Positions 50,472-60,493 of a stretch of 64,000 nucleotides of DNA are shown one piece after another. Positions within the stretch are counted from its first letter, which is position 1; every line of letters begins with the position of its first letter. The translations under genes and the position numbers were made by a program. The stretch is from positions 3,486-67,485 of the forward strand of contig JAFGCX010000031.1 of NCBI GenBank assembly GCA_016932415.1, read 5' to 3'. The notes beneath the pieces were generated by a model. It did no database searches. It saw only the letters and a list, made by a program, of their open reading frames with translations, and was not told the origin of the DNA. The stretch is from Candidatus Krumholzibacteriota bacterium (GTDB lineage: Bacteria > Krumholzibacteriota > Krumholzibacteriia > Krumholzibacteriales > Krumholzibacteriaceae).

Positions 50472-51143
50472 ATGGATAAAAAAATTTGTTTTCATGATCC
50501 TGAAGATGAAGTGCTGGAGGCGGTCTGGGTAATAATGGAACGCGGAAAACCTGTTGATGATGAAGGAATTATCAATAGAGACCACCGGGGGATCATAACG
50601 GCCGAGATGATTCGTTCGCTTGTCGGCAGTGGACTTCTGAAAAAAAAGGGCGAAGGGTATGATTTCACGGTGGAAGGCAGGGCCCGGGGAGAAAAGATCA
50701 TCAGGAGACACAGACTTGCCGAGAGGCTTCTTGCCGATGTCCTGAATGTCAGGAATAATGAATATATTGAGACGAACGCCTGCCGCTTCGAACATTTCCT
50801 TTCTCCCGAAGTGACAGATCATATATGCGTCCTGCTCGGTCATCCCAAGTTATGTCCGCACGGCAACCCGATTCCGCCCGGTGAATGCTGCGAGAGAGCT
50901 CAACGCCAGGTAGAATCGGCGGTGATACCGCTCAGCCGTCTTCGCTCCGGAGAAAAAGGAAGGGTCCTTTACATGACTATGAAAGACCATGACAGGCTCG
51001 ATCGCCTTACTTCCCTGGGATTGTTTCCTGGGCGGCAGATCAAGGTCCACCAGAGAGAGCCATCATTTGTCGTCTTTCTTGACGAGACGCAGCTTGCTCT
51101 CGACAAGAAGATCGTAGAGGATATTTATATTATCAGAAGCTGA
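50472..51143 (+). CDS. DtxR/MntR-family metal-dependent transcriptional regulator with C-terminal FeoA/SH3-like domain
   Basis: RRHRLAERLLADVL...E.FEH.LSPEV.DHIC..LGHP..CPHGNPIP, then VIPLSRLRSGEKGRVLYM...LGLFPGRQIKV. Confidence 0.8.
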   Translation: MDKKICFHDPEDEVLEAVWVIMERGKPVDDEGIINRDHRGIITAEMIRSLVGSGLLKKKGEGYDFTVEGRARGEKIIRRHRLAERLLADVLNVRNNEYIETNACRFEHFLSPEVTDHICVLLGHPKLCPHGNPIPPGECCERAQRQVESAVIPLSRLRSGEKGRVLYMTMKDHDRLDRLTSLGLFPGRQIKVHQREPSFVVFLDETQLALDKKIVEDIYIIRS

Positions 51144-51175
51144 ACGACAGCGAGAATAACGTTACGGATATTTCA

Positions 51176-53269
51176 GTGGAAACAGCCCAAAACAAAAAAA
51201 TTCTCCTCGTAGGAAATCCAAACGTAGGTAAAAGCGTAATATTCAATTATCTCACCGGAAGCTATACCGTTATATCGAACTATCCCGGAACGACAGTCGA
51301 GGTATCATCCGGGGCAATGAGACACAGGCACGACAGGGAAGTGATAGATACTCCCGGTGTCAACTCGCTTTTTCCCGCCAGCGAAGATGAAAAGGTCACC
51401 AGGGACATCCTTCTTCAGAACACCGATGCCACTGTCATCCAGGTGATAGACGCGAAAAACATATATCGTGGTCTTATCCTCACCACTCAGATCGCCGAAA
51501 CAGGTTGCAGGATGATAGTCGTCCTGAACATGATGGATGAGGCGAGACAGAGGGGGGTCGAGATCGATGTCGAACTTCTTTCATCGGTCCTCGGAGTCGA
51601 TGTGATCGAGACGGTAGCTGTCGAAAAGCGCGGTCTTTCAAGGCTCGTGTCGGTCATCAATTCAGACAGCGCCGTAACGTGCGGGATCAGCGTCGAATAT
51701 CCTCCTGTCATCGCCAGAGCGGTATCGGAAGCGAAAGAGCGCGTCAATGGCCTGGCTAAATACGATCTGTTCAGCCTGTTGACTCTGATCTCTGGCGACA
51801 TCGATATCTTCGAGGACGATCTGGAAGTGGACGGGAAAAAACTTGGTGGCATCACGGCGTTGATGAAACAGAAGGAAGAGGAGATGCCCGAGCCGGTCTC
51901 TTACCAGATAATCTCGGCGAGAAAAAAGGAAGTCGATAAGATCATCGATAAAGCGGTGATCAGAAAAGAGGCGGGGAGATCGGCAGGCGGCAGGGGATTC
52001 TTCAATTTTATACCGGCGCTTTCGATAGCCGGCGTATGGCTGGTCCTGATCCTGTTTTTCGGGAGAGCGAATCTCATGGATTGGGGCCTCTGTCCGACCC
52101 TTCCGGTCCTCTTTCTCATGGTGCTGGGCATTTCGATCGCCGGCGCCGAGCGGATGGACCGTTTCACCCTTCACCCGGTCACGGGGTATCTGATGCTCGC
52201 CGCCGTGATATTTCTTATCTACGAACTGGTCGGGGTCTTCGCGGCCGGCAGTCTGGTCGATTTCCTCGAAAACGGCCTTTTTCGCAGGTTTGTGATCCCC
52301 TTCGCGGCAAAGTATTCAGGAGATGGTTTCATATCCGACCTTCTTGTCGGTGACTACGGCATCATCAGTATGGGGTTGACATATTCGATATCGATTGTTC
52401 TGCCGATAGTAGTCATGTTCTTTCTCGTCTTCGGGATCCTCGAGGATACCGGGTATTTCCCCAGGCTGACGGTTCTGACTAACAATGGATTCAAGATCCT
52501 GGGTGTAAACGGAAAAGCGACCCTGCCGTTCGTTCTCGGATTCGGGTGCGTGACGATGGCTGTGCTTGCCAGCAGGATCCTTGAATCGAGAAAAGAAAGG
52601 ATCATCGTCGTCACCCTTCTCGCCCTCGCTGTTCCATGTTCAGCGCAACTGGGCGTGATGCTGGCACTGATGTCGGCGATCTCGTTCAGAGCAGTCCTTA
52701 TGATCAGCTTTATAGTCATCGCCGAACTTCTGGTCGCCGGGTTTATCCTCGGGCGCCTGCTCGCCGGAAAGACATCCGATTTCATAATCGAGCTTCCCCC
52801 GCTGCGAGTGCCGAGAGCGGCAAATATAATCCTTAAGACAGGGGCGAGGGCGAAGTGGTTTCTGAAAGAAGCTCTTCCATATTTCATACTTGCCACTTTG
52901 ATCCTTTTCACCCTCGACAAGTCGGGCGGCATGAAGATCGTCTACTGGCTCGTCGAACCGGTGACGTCAAGATTTCTCGGGCTTCCGGTCGAGACGGCCG
53001 CGGTATTCATAGTCGGATTTTTCAGAAGGGATTACGGTGCGGCTGGATTGTACAGTCTCTGGCAGAGCGGCCAGCTGTCGGGAAACCAGATCGTCGTATC
53101 GCTTGTCGTGATGAGTCTCTTTCTTCCGTGCCTTGCGACATTGATAGTCACGGTGAAGGAACTGGGCGTGAAGGTGGCGTCGGCGATATTGCTGCTTGTA
53201 GCGACAGTCTCGATCCTCACGGGAGGTCTTCTGAACTACCTGCTGACACTTCTTCGAGTCAATTTCTGA
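51176..53269 (+). CDS. feoB: Ferrous iron transporter FeoB (GTG start)
   Basis: N-terminal G domain (LVGNPNVGKSVIFNYLTG...DTPG...NMMDEA), then a polytopic membrane domain. Confidence 0.9.
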   Translation: METAQNKKILLVGNPNVGKSVIFNYLTGSYTVISNYPGTTVEVSSGAMRHRHDREVIDTPGVNSLFPASEDEKVTRDILLQNTDATVIQVIDAKNIYRGLILTTQIAETGCRMIVVLNMMDEARQRGVEIDVELLSSVLGVDVIETVAVEKRGLSRLVSVINSDSAVTCGISVEYPPVIARAVSEAKERVNGLAKYDLFSLLTLISGDIDIFEDDLEVDGKKLGGITALMKQKEEEMPEPVSYQIISARKKEVDKIIDKAVIRKEAGRSAGGRGFFNFIPALSIAGVWLVLILFFGRANLMDWGLCPTLPVLFLMVLGISIAGAERMDRFTLHPVTGYLMLAAVIFLIYELVGVFAAGSLVDFLENGLFRRFVIPFAAKYSGDGFISDLLVGDYGIISMGLTYSISIVLPIVVMFFLVFGILEDTGYFPRLTVLTNNGFKILGVNGKATLPFVLGFGCVTMAVLASRILESRKERIIVVTLLALAVPCSAQLGVMLALMSAISFRAVLMISFIVIAELLVAGFILGRLLAGKTSDFIIELPPLRVPRAANIILKTGARAKWFLKEALPYFILATLILFTLDKSGGMKIVYWLVEPVTSRFLGLPVETAAVFIVGFFRRDYGAAGLYSLWQSGQLSGNQIVVSLVVMSLFLPCLATLIVTVKELGVKVASAILLLVATVSILTGGLLNYLLTLLRVNF

Positions 53270-53271
53270 TC

Positions 53272-55983
53272 TTATTTGACGATCAGGACCGAGTTGAAAC
53301 TTCCGAATCCGTCAGGTTCCTGGTTCTCGTTCGCAGGGTCTATGATCTTCAGTTTCTTGTCGATCAGGAATCGATATGTGTACCTGCCGCTGGGAAGGGT
53401 AAGGAGCGCCTGCCAAGTCCCGCGAGCGCTCTTTCTCATCGGGGCGGCATCGGCCGCCCAGTTGTTGAATTCGCCGATGACCGACACTTCGGTGGCATCG
53501 GGATAATTCAGGCTGAAAGTCACGCCGCGCGGCTGGTCGGTAACTTCTCCAGCGATCTGTCCGGTAGTATTTATTCGGTCCGAGGGTGGATCATCCGGCA
53601 TGCTGTATGTCTTGTTGACGAGACCGGCAACCGGCAATCCTGATTCATCGACGATCGTCAGAAGGACCGGCGATGGCTGATCGGTCCAGAAAGAAGAGAT
53701 AAGGAGCGAATTATGTCCTTTTCTCAGGACCGCGGTCCCGGAGTATGCCTGCCCGGTGCTGCTGGCGGATAATATCTCCGTCGAATTGATCCAGAACGAG
53801 ACTGAATTCGGCGTATCGATCGACCATTTTACTTTTTTCCCCGTTGTCAGCTCGACGGCTGTGTAAAGAAGCATCGCCCTTTCCGATCCCGAGCCGTAAA
53901 GACGATCGGGGAGAACGGCCCCGCGCGAATCTATCGCCCCCGGAGCCACATTTCTCCACCTCAGGGTCCTGCCGTCGACAGACATATAAGTGCTGTATAG
54001 ATCGTCCTGGAGCTGGACCGCTTCTTCAAGAGCCCATCTTCGGTTCTTTACCGGGCCGAGGTGCAGCCAGTCGAAGGGCCTGAGGAGTTTCTCTTCGAAG
54101 AGCGCGATTCTCTTTCCGTCAAGTATCACTGACAGGGAAAAGGGGTATACGCCTGGTGAAAGCCCGCCCGCGAGAGAAATTTCAAGAGGCAGCGTGGTGA
54201 TCTCCCTGGAAGGATCGATTATGAATCTTGCCGGGAGTTCCGGAGAACAGCTCATTTTTTCAAGGAATACTCCATCTACGATACCTTGCAGCCGCTGATC
54301 AGGCCTGTACCTGACAGAGATGTTCACAGGTACCGGCCGGCCCTCCGATAACCTTCGGCCGGCGGGGAATTCAAGAGAGAGGTCGTACCCCGTAGTCAGC
54401 GTGACGCTTTCGACCATGTGGATCTCGATCCTCTTCCCTTCATGCATAAAATCAAAAAACAGCGGAAGGGTCACGACTCCCGGTTCGGAAGAGGGTGGAA
54501 GCACAAGCATTCGTTCCCATCTGTTCCGGTCTTCCGGGGCTCCTGGGGCAACTGAGATCCCCTCATCGGCAAGCATCCACCTGTTTCCCGAAATCTGGAT
54601 ATATAGTCTTTTTATTTCAAGGGGCGCCCGGGCGCTTCCGAGAGATATCCCGACCGGGACAGCCTCGCCGGTGCGCACAGCTTTTTCAGGGACGGTCACC
54701 GCCGCTTCGATACCGGTCGTTTCCATCATCATCGCCGAAAGGGCGGCCTTGGCCTCGAGCAGTTCCTCGATCGATTCGACTGATCCTTTCGCCACGATCT
54801 TCCTCGTCCTCGGGGAGAGGCGGTTCCACCTGGTCTCGTCGAGGATCTTCCAGAGTTTGTCTCCCGCGTTGAGTATCGATGAGACCTCACCCACGCTCAT
54901 CAGCAATCTGTTGACGATGGTGATCGACGATATATGATTTTCAAGATCGAGTTCGTTTTTTTCAAGGATTGACGACAGCGCCTCCACGTCGGAATAGAGA
55001 GCGGCGCGATATTTCTCATTAAGAAGCGATTCCCTTTTCAGTATCGATGTGAAATTGACGAGTGACGAAATAATGTCCGAACGGGGAAAAAGCGCGTTGC
55101 TCCTGCCGGGCCGGCTCCAGTATCCGGTCCACTCGTTATCGCCCCGCCGGGAGCCCGTCCCGCCCGTTTTGCTCTTCTGATCGTAAAGCTGAGCGAGCCG
55201 TTCGATCGGGAATTTGTCTATATTCGACAGAAGGCTGAAAACCACCGGTCGCATATCGGGATCATCCCACATCGCCCCATTGATCATTTCACCGCCCTGT
55301 CCCGATGCTGTCTTGTATATCGACCTGTCAGCGACGCTTATCCTCCTGCTCGGACCAAGCATCCTGTCGATCACCATCGGGAGAAGGAATTCCGGCGTAA
55401 AAAGGGTGAGATAGTGCCCTTTTTCCGAGACAGGAAAAAAGGCGTCCATCGAATGATCGAAGAATGTCCGTTCATTCTTCGCGGCAAGCTGTTTCGACCA
55501 GAGGTGAAGTTCCAGGGCTTCTTCATATTTTCCCGCTCCGGCAGCGATCATCGAAAGGGCGTGAAGCTCGATCGCGGCGAGACTGTTGACCGATGGCGAG
55601 AGAGCGATCTTTTCCGTGTCGGTGCGTGCCGGGCTGCCCTTGATAAAACCATGACGGGTGAGCGCGTCATCCTTGAAATTATCAAGGGTGATCCTGCTGA
55701 TGACGGGATAAAAGCGTTCCATCATCGCCGCGTCCCCATTCATCACCAGAAACGATGTCATCGCTGTCAAAGGCGCTTTTGAAAGAGGGTGCAGAAGATG
55801 CGAGGGAGGCAGATCCGATGGTTTCCCTCCCGACTGAAGAAACCCGATTATCTGCTGTCTCATGATACTCTCTACCGACTGCGTATCATTACCGGAGGTC
55901 TCAGCGGCGAGGTTGGCCCGTGTTGTAGAAAATAGCATAACCACCAATAATATAATCAGATATGTCGATTTATCCGATCTCAT
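53272..55983 (-). CDS. Large secreted protein (903 aa) with C-terminal CBM48/AMPK-beta-like glycan-binding domain
   Basis: Signal peptide. The C-terminal 83 aa (53275..53523) is VTFSLNYPDATEVSVIGEFNNW...GTWQALLTLPSGRYTYRFLID, typical of CBM48/E-set. The N-terminal helical region may be (alpha/alpha)6-like, at low confidence. Confidence 0.55.
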   Translation of the reverse strand: MRSDKSTYLIILLVVMLFSTTRANLAAETSGNDTQSVESIMRQQIIGFLQSGGKPSDLPPSHLLHPLSKAPLTAMTSFLVMNGDAAMMERFYPVISRITLDNFKDDALTRHGFIKGSPARTDTEKIALSPSVNSLAAIELHALSMIAAGAGKYEEALELHLWSKQLAAKNERTFFDHSMDAFFPVSEKGHYLTLFTPEFLLPMVIDRMLGPSRRISVADRSIYKTASGQGGEMINGAMWDDPDMRPVVFSLLSNIDKFPIERLAQLYDQKSKTGGTGSRRGDNEWTGYWSRPGRSNALFPRSDIISSLVNFTSILKRESLLNEKYRAALYSDVEALSSILEKNELDLENHISSITIVNRLLMSVGEVSSILNAGDKLWKILDETRWNRLSPRTRKIVAKGSVESIEELLEAKAALSAMMMETTGIEAAVTVPEKAVRTGEAVPVGISLGSARAPLEIKRLYIQISGNRWMLADEGISVAPGAPEDRNRWERMLVLPPSSEPGVVTLPLFFDFMHEGKRIEIHMVESVTLTTGYDLSLEFPAGRRLSEGRPVPVNISVRYRPDQRLQGIVDGVFLEKMSCSPELPARFIIDPSREITTLPLEISLAGGLSPGVYPFSLSVILDGKRIALFEEKLLRPFDWLHLGPVKNRRWALEEAVQLQDDLYSTYMSVDGRTLRWRNVAPGAIDSRGAVLPDRLYGSGSERAMLLYTAVELTTGKKVKWSIDTPNSVSFWINSTEILSASSTGQAYSGTAVLRKGHNSLLISSFWTDQPSPVLLTIVDESGLPVAGLVNKTYSMPDDPPSDRINTTGQIAGEVTDQPRGVTFSLNYPDATEVSVIGEFNNWAADAAPMRKSARGTWQALLTLPSGRYTYRFLIDKKLKIIDPANENQEPDGFGSFNSVLIVK

Positions 55984-56093
55984 ACTTTTATATTCTCCTA
56001 ACCTGCATATTTTTCAATCGTTCATCAGGTAATTTTATATTGACAGCAACGTGTATGCCATCTTTAATGTCTCAGTCAAGAAAGGAGAATTTA

Positions 56094-56876
56094 ATGGGAT
56101 ATCAATGTATCACGGTAGAGAAGAAAGACTGGCTGGCGAGAGTCGCGATCAACAGGCCTGATAAGCTTAACGCCTTGAGTATAAAGACAGTTATGGAATT
56201 AACCGAGGCGTTCACCGGGATAAGATCCGACGATTCGATATCGGTGGTGATCCTCGAGGGCGCAGGAGGAAAGGCTTTCGCCGCCGGAGCTGACCTCAAC
56301 GAGCTTTCCAAGCAGGATATGCTCGACGGGAAGGAATATTCGGCAAGGGGCCACAGGCTTTGCAACCTGATAGAATTCCTTGAGAAACCGGTAATTGCGT
56401 CGATCTGCGGATTCGCGCTCGGAGGCGGATGTGAGATCGCGATGGCGTGCACGCTGAGGATCGCCTCGGAGAAAGCCCGCCTCGGCCAGCCGGAGATAAA
56501 TCTCGGTACTATCCCGGGTTTCGGAGGGACGCAGAGGCTCGCGAGGCTGATCCCCCGGGGGATCGCGATGGAACTCGTGCTGACCGGAAGGGTTTTAAAA
56601 GCTGATGAAGCGCTAGCCCTGGGGCTGCTGAACAGGGTAGTCCCGGACGGGGAACTCGAAAGCGCCGTCCTTGAAATGGCTGATACCCTCGCCGCCAAGC
56701 CTCCATTCGCGCTGAGGGCTAATATGGAAGCTGTGTTGCACGGATCTGAAGTGTCGTTCGAGGAAGGGTGCAGGATAGAGACGAACCTCTTCGCGCTTAC
56801 GTGCGGAACAGAGGATATGAAGGAAGGTACTCTTGCCTTCCTCGAAAAGCGAAAAGCCGAATTTACCGGGCGATAG
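56094..56876 (+). CDS. Enoyl-CoA hydratase (crotonase family)
   Basis: INRPDKLNAL...ILEGAGGKAFAAGADL...KPVIASICGFALGGGCEIAMACTLRIAS..A.LGQPEINLG.IPGFGGTQRL. ATG 56094 follows AAAGGAG. Confidence 0.85.
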   Translation: MGYQCITVEKKDWLARVAINRPDKLNALSIKTVMELTEAFTGIRSDDSISVVILEGAGGKAFAAGADLNELSKQDMLDGKEYSARGHRLCNLIEFLEKPVIASICGFALGGGCEIAMACTLRIASEKARLGQPEINLGTIPGFGGTQRLARLIPRGIAMELVLTGRVLKADEALALGLLNRVVPDGELESAVLEMADTLAAKPPFALRANMEAVLHGSEVSFEEGCRIETNLFALTCGTEDMKEGTLAFLEKRKAEFTGR

Positions 56877-57025
56877 ATCTCCTTGGGCTGGCAGGAGATT
56901 TGCTGTAAAAAGATTGAATAATACGCTGTTACCTATTAGATTAACCGGTGACCGGCTGGGCTGTCGAATCGAATCGAATAAGACGCTGTTTTGAACCAGT
57001 TGGAAAAAAAGAAGATAGGATATAG

Positions 57026-57111
<86 letters not shown>

Positions 57112-57164
57112 GGAGAAAAATTACCAGCCGGAGGAAAAACTGGCCGTTTCAGAGGAAAGGAATC

Positions 57165-58463
57165 ATGGCAGAGAATCTTGAAGATCTCGGTATCAGCGTA
57201 AATATCACCGAAGAGGATGATTGCAGGAAAATACTCAATATAGAGGTCCGATCGGATCTTTTCACCGGAGAGAAAGAGCGGATACTGAAGAATATGATGA
57301 AATCGATCGTTCTCCCGGGATTCCGCAAAGGAAAGGCTCCAAGAGACAGGGTAAAGACCCAGTTTGCCGGCGAGATCCATAACGAGGCGATGAAGGTCGT
57401 ATTGCCTATGGCCTACGAGCATGCTCTTTACAGCGAAAAGGTCCAGCCGATCGGAGAGCCGGTCTTCAGCGAGATAGTAGCCGAAGATGACAAGCCTCTT
57501 ACTTTCAAGGTCGAACTTGAGACGGCGCCCCGGATAGAACTGAAGCAGTACAGGGGGCTTGCTTCGAAGCCCGAAGAGGTCAGTGTCGAAGATAAGGAGA
57601 TCGAGAATGTACTGAAGAATCTTCAGCAGCGCGAGGTCTCCTATAACACCGTCGACCATGAAGCGCGAAGCAACGATATGGTGACGATAGATTATGTCTC
57701 GATAGATGAACAGGGGGAACCTGAAAACGACAGGGGAATGAAGGATTATCCCGTTCAGCTGGGCGAGGGGCAGCTTTTCCCCGAATTCGAGAAGGCGATC
57801 CTTGGGAAAAAAGCCGGCGAAGAGGGCGAAGTGGCGATAGACTATCCCGATGACTACAAGCCTGAAAGGCTTGCGGGACTGAAAGTAAGTTTCCGGTTCA
57901 CAGTCAAGGAAGTGAAGGAAAAGATCCTTCCGGAGATCGACGACCAGTTCGCCGCGAGGATAGACGAGAAGTTCAAGACTGTCGATGACCTGAGGAATGA
58001 CATCAGGGAAAAGCTCCTCGATGAGAAAAGCCGGGAAGCAAGGCGCAAGGTCGAAGAAGAGGCGGTGGACAGGATACTGGAAAAAAACCCGTTCGATGTA
58101 CCCGGAAGCATGATAGAGCGATTCAGGAGCGAACTCGAAAGCGAGGACGAAAGAAGAAGATCGATGAGCGGGATGCCTCCGGAGGAGGATGAAGAGAAGA
58201 AGAAAGAGATGACGGAATTCTTTGACCGGATGGCAAGAAGAAATATCAAGAGGTATTTCCTTCTCGGCCATATCGCCAACCTCGAGAAAGTCGAGATCTC
58301 TGCCGGAGATATGGATAAAGAGATCGAAAGACTTGCCGAAGAAGGCGGTAGAGAGCTTGAAGAGGTCAGGAAGGTCATTGAGAAGGGAAGCGAGAATTAT
58401 AATAATCTGCGCAGCCGCTTGCGTGAAAAGAGGATCTTCGAGATCCTGCTGGAGAAGGAATAA
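57165..58463 (+). CDS. tig: Trigger factor
   Basis: Start at [12 protein letters not shown]... The motif GFRKGKAPR is the ribosome-binding signature. The domain order is PPIase-like middle, then a C-terminal arm. The upstream part of the track ORF overlaps the tRNA. Confidence 0.9.
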   Translation: MAENLEDLGISVNITEEDDCRKILNIEVRSDLFTGEKERILKNMMKSIVLPGFRKGKAPRDRVKTQFAGEIHNEAMKVVLPMAYEHALYSEKVQPIGEPVFSEIVAEDDKPLTFKVELETAPRIELKQYRGLASKPEEVSVEDKEIENVLKNLQQREVSYNTVDHEARSNDMVTIDYVSIDEQGEPENDRGMKDYPVQLGEGQLFPEFEKAILGKKAGEEGEVAIDYPDDYKPERLAGLKVSFRFTVKEVKEKILPEIDDQFAARIDEKFKTVDDLRNDIREKLLDEKSREARRKVEEEAVDRILEKNPFDVPGSMIERFRSELESEDERRRSMSGMPPEEDEEKKKEMTEFFDRMARRNIKRYFLLGHIANLEKVEISAGDMDKEIERLAEEGGRELEEVRKVIEKGSENYNNLRSRLREKRIFEILLEKE

Positions 58464-58497
58464 AACCCTGGTTGAGAAATAGAGAAGGAGATCTGAA

Positions 58498-59115
58498 ATG
58501 GCCGATAAAGTAATAAAAAATATTCCAATCCCGTACGTGATCGAGACGAGGGGGAGGGAAGAACGCACTTACGACATATATTCCCGTCTTTTGAAAGACA
58601 GGATAATCTTTATCGGTACTCAGATCGAAGATAATATGGCGAACGCTGTAATAGCCCAGCTTCTTTTCCTTGAGGCGGAGGATCCGGAGAGGGATATCTT
58701 CATCTATATCAACAGTCCCGGTGGCGTTGTCTCCGCCGGACTGGCGATTTACGACACGATGCAGTATATTTCCTGTGATATCGCGACGATATGCATGGGA
58801 CAGGCGGCAAGCATGGGAGCGGTCCTTCTCTGCGCGGGAAACAAGGGCAAGAGATCGATACTTCCGCACGCGAGGGTCATGATCCATCAGCCATCGGGCG
58901 GTTCCCAGGGACAGGCCAGCACGATCGAGATATACACGAAGGAGATAATCAAGCTCAAGGACAAGCTCAACGGCATAATCGCCCACCACACCGGACAATC
59001 TGTAAAGAAGGTTGCCAAGGACACGGACAGGGACTACTTCATGTCCGCCGAGGAAGCTCTTGAATATGGACTTATAGATAACGTGCTTATATCGAAAAGC
59101 GATAAAAAGCAGTAG
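58498..59115 (+). CDS. clpP: ATP-dependent Clp protease proteolytic subunit
   Basis: [16 protein letters not shown]...INSPGG...[11 protein letters not shown]...MIHQP (Ser-His-Asp context). Confidence 0.95.
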   Translation: MADKVIKNIPIPYVIETRGREERTYDIYSRLLKDRIIFIGTQIEDNMANAVIAQLLFLEAEDPERDIFIYINSPGGVVSAGLAIYDTMQYISCDIATICMGQAASMGAVLLCAGNKGKRSILPHARVMIHQPSGGSQGQASTIEIYTKEIIKLKDKLNGIIAHHTGQSVKKVAKDTDRDYFMSAEEALEYGLIDNVLISKSDKKQ

Positions 59116-59195
59116 AACTTTGTGAACGATTCTCCGCTATTGTTGTATAATATAAGTAGAGGAAGATCTATACAATAAGGAGTGTTGAAAGCCCT

Positions 59196-60446
59196 ATGAA
59201 AAAGAAGACACAATCTCCAAGAGCGATAAAATGTTCATTCTGCGGAAGGGGACAGGATGAAGTCGCCAAGCTTGTATCCGGTCCTTCCGTGTACATATGC
59301 AATGAATGTATAAGATTGTGTAATGACATCCTCGAAGACGAGATGTCGGGGGCTGTCCTGTACGATGAGGAGCATTTTCCAAAACCGGTCGAAATAAAGG
59401 AGAATCTCGACAGTTACGTCGTTGGCCAGGATGAGGCGAAGATCAGCCTTGCCGTCGCGGTCTATAATCACTACAAGAGGATCCGGCACGAAAGAGGGAC
59501 GGATGATATAGAGCTCGAAAAGAGCAACATCCTTCTTGCCGGGCCGACAGGCGTCGGAAAGACCCTTCTCGCGCAGACGCTGGCGCGTTTCCTGAAGGTG
59601 CCTTTCGCGATCGCCGACGCGACGAGCCTTACCGAAGCGGGCTATGTCGGCGAGGACGTCGAGAATATCCTTGTCAGGCTTCTGCAGAAAACAGACTACA
59701 ACCTTGCCGCGACCGAGAGAGGGATAATCTACATAGACGAGATCGACAAGATCGCGCGAAAGAGCGAAAATCCTTCGATAACGAGGGACGTCTCGGGAGA
59801 GGGTGTCCAGCAGGCGCTGCTGAAGATCCTCGAGGGGACTGTCGCCAATGTCCCGCCGCAGGGAGGGCGCAAGCATCCGCAGCAGAAATTCATCGAAGTC
59901 GACACGAGAAATATCCTTTTCATATGCGGAGGAGCGTTCCAGGGACTAGAAGAGATCATCGAGCGCAGGATCGGGCGGAAGGTCGTCGGATTCGAGACAG
60001 ACCGGGGACAGGGATATCGCAAGGAGATCAACGAGATCATGCAGCATATCCAGCCGGAGGACCTCGTTAAATACGGGTTGATCCCCGAGCTGGTCGGCAG
60101 GCTGCCGATAGTAGCGACGCTTCAGGACCTCGATCAGCAGGCGCTGATCGATATAATGATAAAACCGAAGAGCTCATTGCTTAAGCAGTACAAGAAGCTG
60201 TTCTCGATGGAGGATGTGGAACTCGAGTTCACGCCCGGTGCTCTTAAGGCGATAGCGGACCTTGCCGTGCGAAGGAAGACAGGCGCGAGAGGATTGAGAG
60301 CGATCCTCGAAGACACGATGCTTCATATCATGTATGATGTTCCTTCTCGTCCGAATGTGCAGAAAATCCTTATCACCGAGGAAACAATCGTTGACAAGAG
60401 AGAACCGGAACTGTTTCTTGAGAAAGAAAACAAGAAGAGAGCCTGA
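59196..60446 (+). CDS. clpX: ATP-dependent Clp protease ATP-binding subunit ClpX
   Basis: Zinc finger CSFCGR...ICNECI, Walker [29 protein letters not shown]. Confidence 0.95.
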   Translation: MKKKTQSPRAIKCSFCGRGQDEVAKLVSGPSVYICNECIRLCNDILEDEMSGAVLYDEEHFPKPVEIKENLDSYVVGQDEAKISLAVAVYNHYKRIRHERGTDDIELEKSNILLAGPTGVGKTLLAQTLARFLKVPFAIADATSLTEAGYVGEDVENILVRLLQKTDYNLAATERGIIYIDEIDKIARKSENPSITRDVSGEGVQQALLKILEGTVANVPPQGGRKHPQQKFIEVDTRNILFICGGAFQGLEEIIERRIGRKVVGFETDRGQGYRKEINEIMQHIQPEDLVKYGLIPELVGRLPIVATLQDLDQQALIDIMIKPKSSLLKQYKKLFSMEDVELEFTPGALKAIADLAVRRKTGARGLRAILEDTMLHIMYDVPSRPNVQKILITEETIVDKREPELFLEKENKKRA

Positions 60447-60493
60447 GCCCAGGTCTCCAGGAAGCAGATAACAAATACAGATATTGGAGCATC

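Noticed and set aside
52855-53643. A 262-aa plus-strand ORF bridging the feoB 3' end and the start of the neighbouring gene region.
   Set aside because: It is out of frame with feoB and antisense to the CBM48-like domain. It is Arg/Gly/Ser-rich with no motifs.
59119-59151. Putative clpX promoter (TATAAT at 59146..59151).
   Set aside because: The -10 hexamer is perfect, but the best -35-like hexamer (TTGTGA) lies 20 nt away. clpX may simply be co-transcribed with clpP. Left unannotated.
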